Under the pieces are notes generated by a model. It saw only the letters and a program-made list of their open reading frames with translations. It did no database searches and had not been told where the DNA came from. A stretch of DNA of 55,353 bases from Candidatus Omnitrophota bacterium. Lineage in GTDB: Bacteria; Omnitrophota; Gorgyraeia; Gygaellales; Profunditerraquicolaceae. A program made the translations under genes and the position numbers. The stretch covers positions 1 to 55,353 of the forward strand of contig JAZDFW010000089.1 of assembly GCA_043807505.1 (NCBI GenBank), written 5' to 3'. The first letter of the stretch is position 1. Each line of letters begins with the position of its first letter. Shown in pieces: positions 12,794-23,271 of this stretch.

Positions 12794-13306
12794 TTAATTT
12801 TGGGCCGGGAGAAGAAGATTAATAGAATTATCGGGTATAACAAAGCGCCGAGAAGCATAAGAATATAAACCAATGCCCCCCCATATCAATCCTTCTAAAA
12901 AGCCATACTTTTCTATGTGGGTAAATTCTCTTATATATCCTCTCAAAATTATCGGAAATCCTATCGCTGAAATAACTATAATACTCATAGCATAAATATA
13001 CCCCAGAAATCTTCCCCAAGACTTACTCCATATAATACCAATTCCTGAAGTTATTAAGATAGTACTAAAAAAATAATCGAAAAACGGTAAACTAAGAATA
13101 TCAATAAAATTTGTAGCCATTGGTTTAGGAAATGGTATTGACCCACATCGCAAAGAAATAATCAAAACTTGAAACGGTAAATTCCATCTCCTTAACCCAT
13201 CCAGAGGTAAGAATACACCTATAAAAGATAACAAAATACTAACAACTCCAACTACTACACAGCTCCATAACATCTTTCTCATTCTTTCTCCTGGCATAAT
13301 CTTCAT
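12794..13306 (-). CDS. polytopic membrane protein, function unknown
   Basis: Four to five hydrophobic helices and no recognisable motif. The start codon is ambiguous (M1/M4/M9/M12). Confidence 0.5.
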   Translation of the reverse strand: MKIMPGERMRKMLWSCVVVGVVSILLSFIGVFLPLDGLRRWNLPFQVLIISLRCGSIPFPKPMATNFIDILSLPFFDYFFSTILITSGIGIIWSKSWGRFLGYIYAMSIIVISAIGFPIILRGYIREFTHIEKYGFLEGLIWGGIGLYSYASRRFVIPDNSINLLLPAQN

Positions 13307-13399
13307 CCGATCATACGGACAGATAACTTGAGTTAAACTTGATACTTGGTTACCTACTTTATCTTTGGTAATTACTGAGCTGTCTCTTTTTCTTTACCT

Positions 13400-16012
13400 C
13401 TATCTATTCAACTCCCGGATATCTTTTTTGAGCCAGCGGTAATCCTGATGCGCACCTTCTGACTTACAGAAGCCATCTATGGCCTGATCAAGCTCCCGCT
13501 CTTCATCTTCTTTGTCTTTTACAGTCCAACTTCGAGGCATAACTTTCTTAATCGTATCGCTTCCTTCGAAAAGTAACCCCTTGCTGAAGTGGCCTCTTAG
13601 GGTAAAGGTGGTATCTATAGGTAGCACTGTGATATCTTCTCTTCTAAAGAGGAGCAATGATGTGTTGTGACGAAGCGGGATAATCTTTTTAGCTTGAGCG
13701 CCATCACAGGTAGCATCAGTGATGGTTCTTGCATCATAACCTTGAGGGAATTCTACAAAGGCAAGAAATATGCCTCTGTTACATAGGAATACCTCTGGTT
13801 TTATGGTTATCTTGGCTTTGAGTTTAACGGTAAAATGCCTATTTAATATCTCTTGGTTACCAGCCTTATCCGTAGCAGTAATAACTAAGGTATGTGTTCC
13901 AACCTTGGGCTGGATGCGGCTTAAGCTGGTTATAGGAAGACTATCTAAGGTAAGCGATGTAGAAGCTATCTGCGAGAGGGCATCTGAAGTAGCATAGGTT
14001 AAAGGAATAGCTTGAGTATGGAAGTATTCCTTGTTTTCCTGAGGAGAGGTTATGGAGATTGCAGGTTTTGTTTTATCGATGTTTAAGGTTACATAGGTTG
14101 AGGCTTGGTTGCCGGCTAAGTCAAATGCCTGTCCTCCGATGTGCTGGTCTTTTCCTTCGCTGGTGATGGTTGCGGGTTCAGTAACCGAGGCAACGCCAGA
14201 GAGGTTATCAGTAGCGCTGAAGATTACGGTAACATTAGAGTTGTTCCAGCCAGAGGAGTTGGGCTGGGGTGAGGCTTGGGAGGTTATGGCAGGTGGAGTT
14301 TTGTCGAGTTTAAGTGTTATTGTTTTTGCTGTTTCTGTGTTGCCGGCGTTGTCTATGGCATAGCAGGTGAGGGTGGTTGTGCCTTCGGTATATATAGGTA
14401 TATCTAGGCTATTTCCTGAGATTATTTTCTCTTCAGTTATTGCTCCGGTTAATTTATAGTGAATCTCTCTTACTCCGGAGCCTCCTTGATTATCTGTAGC
14501 TGTAAGAGTAACGGTTACATCAGAGTTATTCCAGCCGGCCTGGTTAGGTAACGGTGAGGTAGTAGCTTGAGTTGCCGGTGGAACATTATCTACAAAGGTA
14601 GTTACTTTATTTACTGTTCCGTTAGTTCTGGTGCTTTCAGGCACAGAGGGAAAATAGACAGTGGCGTAATTAATAACTTCTGATTTATCAGGGGTAGTGT
14701 TTTTCACTTTGACGCTAAAGGTAGCAGAGCCGCCTTGTTTTGAAGCAATCTCTCCTACAAACCAAGTAATGGTTCTGGTTACAGGATTGTAGGTTCCAGG
14801 TTCGCCAATCTGCTGACCTGTTGCACTATCAAGTATTGGACCAATGGTTAGATTAGCGTCATCCAAATCTTCTTCCAGAGTATCGGTGAAGTAGACGCCG
14901 TAGGCAATGCCCTTGCCTTCATTTTCGTAGTGTATAGTATAGGTAAGGGTATCTCCTGGCTTAACATCGCCCGAAGGAGCAACAGAGAGCTCGTTGGGGT
15001 CGTGGGCGGTGGTAGCAACAGACTCTGATTTACTCTGGTGCGCTTCAATTATTTGCTTAAATAATTCTAAATCATTTACTCCCGGCATTCTCCCATATTT
15101 ACCTTTAAACTCGGCAAGAAGTTCAAGCTGCTCACGTCCATGCAGAAAGCCTACGTATAAGGGAATATTAAATATCCCATCTTCATTCTGAAACTCTCCC
15201 CCGGTTAAACAATCGTTTTGCAGATTAAACTTCTCGATATCAACTTGCCCTTCCCATTTTATGGCAATTTCATTGCCGGGAACATCACCATAAATTGTTA
15301 CCGAAACCAGCTCTTTACCAAACTGTGCTTTGGCTCTTGCTGCATAATCCTTTAAAAACTCCACCAAAATATTAACTGCTCTGCCCCTATCCTCGTATAT
15401 CAGTTTAACCAAAGAAACTTCCAAATTTTCCGTTATTTTTACTTGTATCGTATAATCACTAAAATTTATATTAAGCTCTTTAAAATCTGGAATCATATCA
15501 TCGCCGGTATATAAAATTATCTTATTAAAACCTTTTCCTTGAGAAGTTAAATTTCGAATCTGTCTTAAATCATTCTGGGAAGTAAAAACCGTCGATGCAA
15601 CGTATAACTCTTCTCCCCATAAATCTCTCCGTTTTGCTAAAGTAACCGCAGTTCCAGCTCCGGCGCTATGAGCAATAACCATTTTCTGATAACCGGATAT
15701 TTGTGAAAAAAGCGGATCTTCTAACCCATTAGTCAGAGTAGGAATATTGTAATATTGGGCTAGCGCTCCTAATGTTCCGGTAATAATATCGGTTCCATCA
15801 TAAGTCCATACTGGTTGCAGATTTAAAGTTTTTGCCACACCCTTTAAAACCTCCTGCTCATGAACATCGCCGCTATTAGTAAACAGACCGAAAAGTGCTG
15901 AACCTTCAGTCTCTTGAGCTAAAATAACTGCCGGAAATATTAAACCAGCTAAGAAAAACCCAATGATTTTTTTAGAAAACCATTTCGTCATTTTTAATCT
16001 ATTGTTTTTCAT
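13400..16012 (-). CDS. secreted multidomain surface protein: alpha/beta-hydrolase-like N-domain, DUF11-type repeat, three Ig-like repeats
   Basis: Has a signal peptide. Motifs seen: VIAHSAGAG (GxSxG-like), GDTLTYTIHYENEG (DUF11/TIGR01451-like), and three repeats of the PP(A)...GWNNS(D/N)VTV...ATDN.SGV type. Confidence 0.65.
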   Translation of the reverse strand: MKNNRLKMTKWFSKKIIGFFLAGLIFPAVILAQETEGSALFGLFTNSGDVHEQEVLKGVAKTLNLQPVWTYDGTDIITGTLGALAQYYNIPTLTNGLEDPLFSQISGYQKMVIAHSAGAGTAVTLAKRRDLWGEELYVASTVFTSQNDLRQIRNLTSQGKGFNKIILYTGDDMIPDFKELNINFSDYTIQVKITENLEVSLVKLIYEDRGRAVNILVEFLKDYAARAKAQFGKELVSVTIYGDVPGNEIAIKWEGQVDIEKFNLQNDCLTGGEFQNEDGIFNIPLYVGFLHGREQLELLAEFKGKYGRMPGVNDLELFKQIIEAHQSKSESVATTAHDPNELSVAPSGDVKPGDTLTYTIHYENEGKGIAYGVYFTDTLEEDLDDANLTIGPILDSATGQQIGEPGTYNPVTRTITWFVGEIASKQGGSATFSVKVKNTTPDKSEVINYATVYFPSVPESTRTNGTVNKVTTFVDNVPPATQATTSPLPNQAGWNNSDVTVTLTATDNQGGSGVREIHYKLTGAITEEKIISGNSLDIPIYTEGTTTLTCYAIDNAGNTETAKTITLKLDKTPPAITSQASPQPNSSGWNNSNVTVIFSATDNLSGVASVTEPATITSEGKDQHIGGQAFDLAGNQASTYVTLNIDKTKPAISITSPQENKEYFHTQAIPLTYATSDALSQIASTSLTLDSLPITSLSRIQPKVGTHTLVITATDKAGNQEILNRHFTVKLKAKITIKPEVFLCNRGIFLAFVEFPQGYDARTITDATCDGAQAKKIIPLRHNTSLLLFRREDITVLPIDTTFTLRGHFSKGLLFEGSDTIKKVMPRSWTVKDKEDEERELDQAIDGFCKSEGAHQDYRWLKKDIRELNR

Positions 16013-16016
16013 CCTA

Positions 16017-17027
16017 TCATTCCTTTACCTCAAAAACCTGCACCCGGTTATTGTAATAATCAATCATAAAAACGTAATTATCATTTATTACCAGATCCTC
16101 TGGGCCGTGTAAATCACCTAATCTGCCGCCGCCGCGAGGATCGCCAATCTCAGATAAAAAAGAAAGCGTGCCATTATCAGCAATCCTTAGTATTTGGATG
16201 TAGTTGTTAACCTTATCGCAAACATAAAGATTATTACCTTTAATCGTCAAGCCGTGGGGTGTATTAAATTCACCTTTACCATCGCCTTTTTTGCCAAAAG
16301 TAAATCCAAACGAAAGCCTTCCTTTATTATTAATCTTTAAAGCTTGAATACGGTTATTTTCTACCTCGCTAACATAAAGATAGTTACCTTTAACCACCAA
16401 CCCGTAAGGAGTATCAAATTCTCCCTTACCTTGGCCTTTTTTGCCAAAAGTAAATTCAGCGGCAAGTGTCCCACTGTTATTTATCTTTAAGACCTGAATA
16501 CGGTGGCTGTATTCATCGCTAACGTAAAGATAACCGTCTTTAACTGCCAATCCTTGCGGCCAGAGGAACTCTCCATTGCCTTCGCCCTCTTTACCAAATG
16601 CAAATTCCGCAGAAAGCGTGCCATCGCTATTTATCTTTAAGGTCTGAATGCGCCGATTAGCGTTATCGCTGACATAAAGATAATCGCCACTAACCACCAA
16701 TCCTCCCGGATTAGAAAATTCACCCTTTTCCTTTCCTTTTTTACCAAAAACAAATCCAAAACTAAGGCTACCATCAAGAGCTATCTTTAATATCTGAATA
16801 CGGTGATTATATGTATCGCTGACATAGAGATAATTGTTTTTAACGGCTATACCTGACGGCGCTATCATATACGCCATCAACCATTCAACCACATTTTCCT
16901 TGGTCATTTTCTCCCTAGGAAATCTATACTGCGCTACGGCTGTTAACTCAGGAATTTTTTCGGTTGTTTGAGCAAAACATATTATGGGCAACAAAATAAC
17001 TAACAAAATTAACATTTTTTTACTCAT
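16017..17027 (-). CDS. NHL-repeat beta-propeller protein (secreted)
   Basis: Six repeats of the pattern YLYVSD..N.RIQ.LKI. I set the start at the ATG at 17025-17027 (MSKKMLILL, signal peptide, GGAGAG RBS), 1 nt after the upstream stop. Confidence 0.8.
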   Translation of the reverse strand: MSKKMLILLVILLPIICFAQTTEKIPELTAVAQYRFPREKMTKENVVEWLMAYMIAPSGIAVKNNYLYVSDTYNHRIQILKIALDGSLSFGFVFGKKGKEKGEFSNPGGLVVSGDYLYVSDNANRRIQTLKINSDGTLSAEFAFGKEGEGNGEFLWPQGLAVKDGYLYVSDEYSHRIQVLKINNSGTLAAEFTFGKKGQGKGEFDTPYGLVVKGNYLYVSEVENNRIQALKINNKGRLSFGFTFGKKGDGKGEFNTPHGLTIKGNNLYVCDKVNNYIQILRIADNGTLSFLSEIGDPRGGGRLGDLHGPEDLVINDNYVFMIDYYNNRVQVFEVKE

Positions 17028-17028
17028 C

Positions 17029-20000
17029 TTACTCTCCAATATTGGTAATATAAGCATTTTGCCCTAATGAAAAACCTTCGGGTAATCCCCACACCACTTC
17101 AACTTTAAATGTTAAATAACCTATTGTTTTAGCAGGTAGATTTACAATTTTCCAGCTCAACCGATGAGCAAATGGACTATAATAAACACCCTCAGAAGCA
17201 GAGATATATTTTACGAAAGTATTCAAAGCGCATGAAACAAACACATTTCCTGCCGCTTTCACCCCATCATTCCTATATTCAATGATGTAGTTTACGGTTT
17301 GTCCCGGGCTGACATTCTGCGGGCCCCAGACTTTCACTCTTAATGCAGGCGCAGGAGGCAAAGCCAAATCTATGCGTTCTATTGATAATGATAATGTCCG
17401 CCCAGATACAGCGCCATCCAAACTACCGGAAACAATTCCTAAAAGGGGACTGCTGAATTGACCAAGTAAGCTAATTTCTCCCGCTGCAATAAGCTCATCA
17501 AAAGTCCAGCCTTCTCCTGAGCCATTTTTGGTAACATAGGAAATTATTGAACAGCCTTGGCCATTATAGGGGTTAGCTGTATCTGCTACTCTTAGATGGT
17601 TTAAAACCGTATCTATTGGCTCGTTATAATGGCCTGTGGTTTTACCGCTAACGGCAATTTGTAAAATATTGAGTTTAGCAGCTGGATAATTGGTAGTTTG
17701 CAGGTAATTCAGGCTGCCTGCTAAATTTAGAGTGACAAAAACAGCTTTATCCGCCAGTTGGTTTAGTTTCCAAATTGCATGGTATTGGTCATAGGTGCCG
17801 CTTTCCGGCACAGATTCTGTAAGATAGCCATCAATAATACCGCCGGCATCACTGCCGGAGATTATAGCTTTTAGATAAATCTTTCTCTCTTTGACAGCAG
17901 GAAATAAAACTCCTTGCCAGTAACCTTGATAAAAGATACCTTCCAAGGTTGCATTCCACTGGCCCTTTGTAAATCCCCTGCCAATAAAAGAGCCTGAATT
18001 AACTTTTGTAATTTCAAAGTCAGTAAAATTAAACGTGCCTGTTAAATCACCGGTTACCGTAAGATTGCTTGAAACAGCTTTCTGATTAAGGAGCTCCTCG
18101 GTTAAAGTTAATTCACTGGAAGATGTTTCAGATAAAACTTCCTTTTCCCCAATAGTAATTAAGCGGCTGGAAACATTATTCCATTCGCTAGATTCATAAA
18201 TATAATCACTTTCATCAGCCTTGGCCAATAGATAGTAGTTTCCTGCTGTTAGATTGGGAATAGTTACTGAAGTTGTTTCAGTGTAGCTTTCGCCAACAGG
18301 AAGAGGCTGGGTGTGCCATCTAAAAGCAAGCCGCTGGTCGCTGCTGTCTAGTTGCTCGTCTGTTGAGATATAAACCTTATCTAACCAACCGTTGCTGCTG
18401 CTTAATGGTGCCTGACCATTACCTTGATTCTTTACTGTCCAGGAGATTTCAATTTGTTGTTGTGCACTGGCAGAACTAGGCGCGGTAAAGGAAATCAAAG
18501 CAAGATCAGGAACAGTAATGCTAATTGGTTTAGCGATAGAGATGTTATTAGCCTCATCAGACTCATAAATAGCGTTGCCTTCATCAGTCTTAACCAATAG
18601 ATAATAAGTTCCTGCTGTTAGATTAGGAATAGTTACCGAGGCTGTCTCGGTGTAGCTTTGGCCGGCAGGGAGAGACTGAGAATGAACCCTAAAAACAAGC
18701 TGCTGGTCACTACTATCCAGTTGCTCGTCCATAGAAAGATAAACTTTATCTAACCAACCGTTGCTGCTGGTTAATGGTGTCGGACCACTTCCTTGGTTTT
18801 TTACTGTCCAAGTAAACTCAACTTGCTGCTGGGTACTGACAGATACAGGCGCACTAATAGACGTTGGAATAAGATCAGGGACAGTAATGGTTATTGGCTT
18901 AACACTGGAGATATTATTAGTTTCATCAGATTCATAAATAGTATTATTTTCATCGGTCTTTAGGATCAGATAATAAGTTCCTGCGGCTAGGTTAGGAATA
19001 GTTACCGGTGTTGTTTGGGTATAGCTTTCACCGGCAGGAATAGGCTGGGCGTACCATAGGCTAGCGATTTGCCGATCATTATCATCCAGCTGTTCATCAG
19101 TTGAGAGATAGAGAATATCTTTCCCTAAATACCATCCATACCCACTGCCAGTCCATAGATAGGTTATAACTGCATCGCCGTTACCTTGGTTTTTTACTGT
19201 CCAAGAGATCTCAATTTGCTGTTGAGGACTAACTGTAATTGGTGCCTGTATAGATGTTACTGTTAAATCCGGAACTCTAATGGTAGTTGGCTTAACAATA
19301 ATGTTGTTGTCTTCGTTTGATTCATAAACATTATTGCCCTGGCTATCCGCTTGTAACAATAAATAATAATCTCCTGCCGGCACCTCCGGTATCTTAATGG
19401 TATAGGGAGTTGTGTAGCTTTCACCTGCTGCTAACGGCTTATTTAAATACCCTATATTAGCAAGCAATTTATCTGAATCATCCAAGACATTGTCCTGAGA
19501 TAAATATAGATTATCATACCAAATATTACCGTAACCACCGTAGTAACCAGACGAGCCTATCGCCGTGCCATTCCCCTGATTCTTTACTGTCCAAGAGATT
19601 TCAACTTGCTGTTGAGTGCTGGCTGAAGCAGGGGTATTTAAAGAGCTAATAGTTAAATCAGGGACGTTGATTGTGATTGGCTGGGTAAGGGTGTTATTAT
19701 CTTCATTTGTTTCATAGACATAGTTTGAAGGGTCGGTCTTTACCAGTAGATAGTAGTTACCAGTAGAGACATTCGGGATGATGACCTGTTGTGTCTGCGT
19801 GTAGCTTTCTCCTGCTGCTAACGGTTTATTTAGATACCCTATATTAGCAAGCAATTTATCTGAATCATCCAAGACATTGTCCTGAGATAAATATAGATTA
19901 TCATACCAAACATTGCCGTAACCACCGTAGTAACCAGACGAGCCTATCGCCGTGCCATTCCCCTGATTCTTTACTGTCCAAGATACCTCTATCCACTCCT

Positions 20001-20493
20001 GCGTGTTGGCTGAAGCAGGGGCATTTAAAGAGCTAACGGTTAAGTCAGGAACATTGATTGTGATTGGCTTTGCGCTGGAGATGTTATTGGCCTCATCTGA
20101 TTCATTAACATATTTATATTGATCGGCTTCTAGAATCAGATAATAGGTTCCTGCGGGTACATTAGGAATAGTTAATTTAGTTGTGGCGGTGTAAATTTCG
20201 CCAGGAAGCAAGGGTTGAGTGTGCCAGGCAGCAGCAAGCTGCTGGTCATTACCATCAATCTGGCTGTCAGTGGAAAAATAAACTCTATCTATCCAACCAC
20301 TACTCTGGCTTGTCTCTGCCTGCACATTCCCCTGATTCTTTACTGTCCAAGAGATTTCAACTTGCTGTTGGGTGCTGGCAGAACCAGGCGCGGTAAAAGA
20401 AGTTACAACAAGATCAGGAAGTTCATCCTGCGCTGCTGCTATATTCAAAGCCAAAACTAAAGTTATCCCAATAATAAAAACAAATTTTTTCAT
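17029..20493 (-). CDS. giant secreted protein with six tandem CARDB-type repeats and a C-terminal DUF11-like domain
   Basis: Has a signal peptide. Six units start VPDL(T/V/I).. and contain WTVKNQGNG and YESDE.NN motifs (CARDB signature). The C-terminus has GQTVNYIIEYRNDG. Confidence 0.8.
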   Translation of the reverse strand: MKKFVFIIGITLVLALNIAAAQDELPDLVVTSFTAPGSASTQQQVEISWTVKNQGNVQAETSQSSGWIDRVYFSTDSQIDGNDQQLAAAWHTQPLLPGEIYTATTKLTIPNVPAGTYYLILEADQYKYVNESDEANNISSAKPITINVPDLTVSSLNAPASANTQEWIEVSWTVKNQGNGTAIGSSGYYGGYGNVWYDNLYLSQDNVLDDSDKLLANIGYLNKPLAAGESYTQTQQVIIPNVSTGNYYLLVKTDPSNYVYETNEDNNTLTQPITINVPDLTISSLNTPASASTQQQVEISWTVKNQGNGTAIGSSGYYGGYGNIWYDNLYLSQDNVLDDSDKLLANIGYLNKPLAAGESYTTPYTIKIPEVPAGDYYLLLQADSQGNNVYESNEDNNIIVKPTTIRVPDLTVTSIQAPITVSPQQQIEISWTVKNQGNGDAVITYLWTGSGYGWYLGKDILYLSTDEQLDDNDRQIASLWYAQPIPAGESYTQTTPVTIPNLAAGTYYLILKTDENNTIYESDETNNISSVKPITITVPDLIPTSISAPVSVSTQQQVEFTWTVKNQGSGPTPLTSSNGWLDKVYLSMDEQLDSSDQQLVFRVHSQSLPAGQSYTETASVTIPNLTAGTYYLLVKTDEGNAIYESDEANNISIAKPISITVPDLALISFTAPSSASAQQQIEISWTVKNQGNGQAPLSSSNGWLDKVYISTDEQLDSSDQRLAFRWHTQPLPVGESYTETTSVTIPNLTAGNYYLLAKADESDYIYESSEWNNVSSRLITIGEKEVLSETSSSELTLTEELLNQKAVSSNLTVTGDLTGTFNFTDFEITKVNSGSFIGRGFTKGQWNATLEGIFYQGYWQGVLFPAVKERKIYLKAIISGSDAGGIIDGYLTESVPESGTYDQYHAIWKLNQLADKAVFVTLNLAGSLNYLQTTNYPAAKLNILQIAVSGKTTGHYNEPIDTVLNHLRVADTANPYNGQGCSIISYVTKNGSGEGWTFDELIAAGEISLLGQFSSPLLGIVSGSLDGAVSGRTLSLSIERIDLALPPAPALRVKVWGPQNVSPGQTVNYIIEYRNDGVKAAGNVFVSCALNTFVKYISASEGVYYSPFAHRLSWKIVNLPAKTIGYLTFKVEVVWGLPEGFSLGQNAYITNIGE
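19414..19983. repeat. near-identical 183-nt direct repeat inside the CARDB gene (copies at 19414-19596 and 19801-19983, period 387 nt)
   Basis: Aligning the two copies by eye gives 5 mismatches in 183 nt. Both encode GNGTAIGSSGYYGGYGN(V/I)WYDNLYLSQDNVLDDSDKLLANIGYLNKPLAAGESYT. Confidence 0.9.
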
Positions 20494-22079
20494 TATATCC
20501 TTACTACTTTTACGGATAAAATATTATCTATCTTCTTTATCTTTTCCAGAATTTGGGTAGAAACAGGGCTGTCTACGTTCAACAACGAAACTGCATCTCC
20601 TCCCATTTCTTCCCGGCCAAATGTCATTGCCGCAATATTAATGTTATGTTGGCCTAAAAGTGTGCCTAGGTTTCCGATGATACCCGGGACATCGCGATTC
20701 TGCACCATAATTATTTCGCCCAAAGGCGATAACTCAAGATAATAGTTATCGATTTTGACTATGCGCGGCTTTTTATTCATAGATAATGCCCCCGCAACCT
20801 TTCTGGTTTCTTTATCGGTTTTTATCTCCAATTGGATTAAATTGGAAAATTCTTCTTCACTGGCAGACTTTACCTCTTTAATTTTAATGCCCCTGTCGCG
20901 GGCTAAAGATTTGGCATTAATAAAATTTACTGTCTCCTGCAAAATTGGCGTGAGCGCTCCCTTGACAACTGCCATGGTGAGCGGGCTGATATCGTATTTG
21001 GTAATCTCACCGTTGTAGCTGATATTTAATTCCTGAAATCTACCGTCAGCTAATTGTCCGCTGAATTTTCCTAATTTCTCGCACAAATTTATATAAGGAT
21101 CTAAAAATTTACAAACTTCAGCTTCAATGCACGGATAATTCGCAGCATTTCGGATACCGCGGCCAAGGAGCGCATCGCGGACGATTTCTGCGACTTCAAT
21201 CGCTACATTTACTTGCGCTTCTTCCGTAGAGGCACCTAAATGAGGGGTAACTATCACATTATCTAATTTTAAAAGCTCAGATTCAGGGGCAACCGGCTCT
21301 TTTTCAAAAACATCCATTGCGGCCCCTGCAACCTTTCCTTGCTTAACAGCGTTTACAAGTGCTGCCTCATCAATGATACCGCCACGCGCGCAATTAACTA
21401 CGCGCACACCCTTTTTCATTATCGCAAATTCGTTTGTTGAGATTATGTGTTTTGTGTCTTCTGTTAAAGGCGTATGCACAGTAATATAATCCGCGCGTTT
21501 CAATAAATCCCTTAATTCAACTACCTCAACTCCTAATCCTTCGGCAATTTCTTTTGAGAGGAACGGGTCATATGCTAAAATTTTCATTCCGAAGGAAAGA
21601 GCGCGCTTAGATACTTCCGAACCAATCCTGCCAAAACCTACTACACCTAAAATTTTATTATAGAGTTCCACGCCCATGAATTTGGAACGATTCCATTCGC
21701 CCTTCTTGGTTGAGAAATTAGCCTGAGGAATATTCCGCGAAAGGGATAAAATCATGCTCATTGTATGTTCTGCCGTAGAAATAGTATTTCCCGCGGGTGT
21801 ATTCATTACAATAATGCCCTTTTGCGTAGCCGCTTCTAAATCTACATTATCTAATCCTACGCCAGCGCGGCCGATTGCTTTTAAATTTATTGCGCTGCTA
21901 ATTACATCCTTGGTTACTTTAGTGGCACTTCTGACAATCAACGCATGATAATCTTTAATTTTTTCTTTTAGTTCTTCGGGTTTTAATTCAGTCATCACAT
22001 CGACCTGAAATTCTTTAACATCTTTTAATATCTTCAGGCCTTCTTCGGATAGCGGATCACTTACCAATATCTTAAGCAT
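20493..22079 (-). CDS. serA: D-3-phosphoglycerate dehydrogenase (long form with ACT domain)
   Basis: GFGRIGSEV NAD-binding motif and the catalytic R/E/H context (NCARGG, TPHLGAST). The C-terminal ASB plus ACT region brings it to 528 aa. Confidence 0.9.
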   Translation of the reverse strand: MLKILVSDPLSEEGLKILKDVKEFQVDVMTELKPEELKEKIKDYHALIVRSATKVTKDVISSAINLKAIGRAGVGLDNVDLEAATQKGIIVMNTPAGNTISTAEHTMSMILSLSRNIPQANFSTKKGEWNRSKFMGVELYNKILGVVGFGRIGSEVSKRALSFGMKILAYDPFLSKEIAEGLGVEVVELRDLLKRADYITVHTPLTEDTKHIISTNEFAIMKKGVRVVNCARGGIIDEAALVNAVKQGKVAGAAMDVFEKEPVAPESELLKLDNVIVTPHLGASTEEAQVNVAIEVAEIVRDALLGRGIRNAANYPCIEAEVCKFLDPYINLCEKLGKFSGQLADGRFQELNISYNGEITKYDISPLTMAVVKGALTPILQETVNFINAKSLARDRGIKIKEVKSASEEEFSNLIQLEIKTDKETRKVAGALSMNKKPRIVKIDNYYLELSPLGEIIMVQNRDVPGIIGNLGTLLGQHNINIAAMTFGREEMGGDAVSLLNVDSPVSTQILEKIKKIDNILSVKVVRI

Positions 22080-23208
22080 TAAAAACCTCCTGCGCAGCCT
22101 TTACGCCTTCTCCTAAATTAAATTTATATCCCATCTGACGCAGGACTTTTTCTAAACAAGAGATTCCCACGATTATATCAAACTCTTCAATAAAGCCCAT
22201 ATGGGCAAATCTAAATACCTTACCCTTTAGTTCTGCCTGGCCTCCGGCAATGGTCACTCCATAATTATCGCGCATTGTCTTAACCAATTTCTCTCCGTCC
22301 AAACCTTGCGGAACATTCACTGCTGTAACTACATCGCTTCCGGCATCCGGAGCAAATAACTCTAAGCCCAATTGCATCATTGCAGCGCGTGTAGCATCTG
22401 CCATTTTCTTATGACGGCTAAAGATGTTTTCTAAACCTTCTTGTTTCATTATTTTTAGTGCTTCCGCCAAAGCAATTACCAAAGAGATCGCCGGGGTAAA
22501 AGGCGTATCGATGCTTGCAAAAGATTTTTTTGCCGCCTTTAAATCAAAATAATATTTCGGGCACTTGGAATCATTAATTTTCCTCCAGGCTTTTTCACTT
22601 ACACAGATAAAAGCGAGTCCCGGCGGAAGCATTAGGCCTTTTTGCGAGCCAGATACACACACATCAACAAACCAGGCATCGGTTTTTAGGTCGATTGCGC
22701 CTAAACCGCTAATAGCATCCACCACTAAAACAGCTTCGGAATTCTTTACAATTTTACCGATTGTTTCTATATCGCTAACAACGCCGGTTGAGGTTTCACA
22801 AAGTGTAGTAAATACAGCCTTAATTTTTGGATTTGCCTTTAGCCTCTCTTCAATTTCCTGCGGCGAGACTGCTTTTCCCCATTCCACGTCAATTATTTCG
22901 GTATTTATCCCGTAAGCCTTACAAATCTCAGTCCATCTTTCCCCGAATTTTCCGCCCTGCACAACCAAGGCTGTATCTTGCATCGATAATAAATTTGCGA
23001 CACTTGCCTCCATTGCGCCCGTACCGGAAGAGGTCAAAATATAAACATCTCCTGCGGTTTGAAAAACATATTTTAATCCAACGGACACTTCCTTTAATAT
23101 AGCCTGAAATTGGGGTGTGCGGTGATGGATTATTGGCTTTGCTTGCGCTTGAGCTACCTCCGGCGGTAATGGTGTAGGCCCCGGTGTCAACAGATAGTTC
23201 TTTCTCAT
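22072..23208 (-). CDS. class-V (AGXT-type) aminotransferase, probably phosphoserine/serine-glyoxylate aminotransferase partner of serA
   Basis: LLTPGPT N-terminus and SGSQKGL containing the PLP lysine. It overlaps the serA start by 8 nt. I set the start at the ATG at 23206-23208 because a GGAGGGAG RBS lies immediately upstream. Confidence 0.8.
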   Translation of the reverse strand: MRKNYLLTPGPTPLPPEVAQAQAKPIIHHRTPQFQAILKEVSVGLKYVFQTAGDVYILTSSGTGAMEASVANLLSMQDTALVVQGGKFGERWTEICKAYGINTEIIDVEWGKAVSPQEIEERLKANPKIKAVFTTLCETSTGVVSDIETIGKIVKNSEAVLVVDAISGLGAIDLKTDAWFVDVCVSGSQKGLMLPPGLAFICVSEKAWRKINDSKCPKYYFDLKAAKKSFASIDTPFTPAISLVIALAEALKIMKQEGLENIFSRHKKMADATRAAMMQLGLELFAPDAGSDVVTAVNVPQGLDGEKLVKTMRDNYGVTIAGGQAELKGKVFRFAHMGFIEEFDIIVGISCLEKVLRQMGYKFNLGEGVKAAQEVFNA

Positions 23209-23271
23209 AACTCCCTCCATAACACTAAATCATAAATACTGAATCCTAAATAAACCTAAAATCCAATTGTT

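Noticed and set aside
12828-13019. Minus-strand 63-aa ORF nested in the membrane-protein gene. The same situation applies to 14848-15048 and 51184-51366.
   Set aside because: These are alternative-frame ORFs wholly contained in longer same-strand genes with better coding logic. I found no independent signals.
17029-20493. Regularly spaced repeats that could be mistaken for a CRISPR or other non-coding array
   Set aside because: The period is ~380-390 nt, and the repeats are in-frame and encode CARDB protein domains. There is no short repeat/spacer structure and there are no cas genes.
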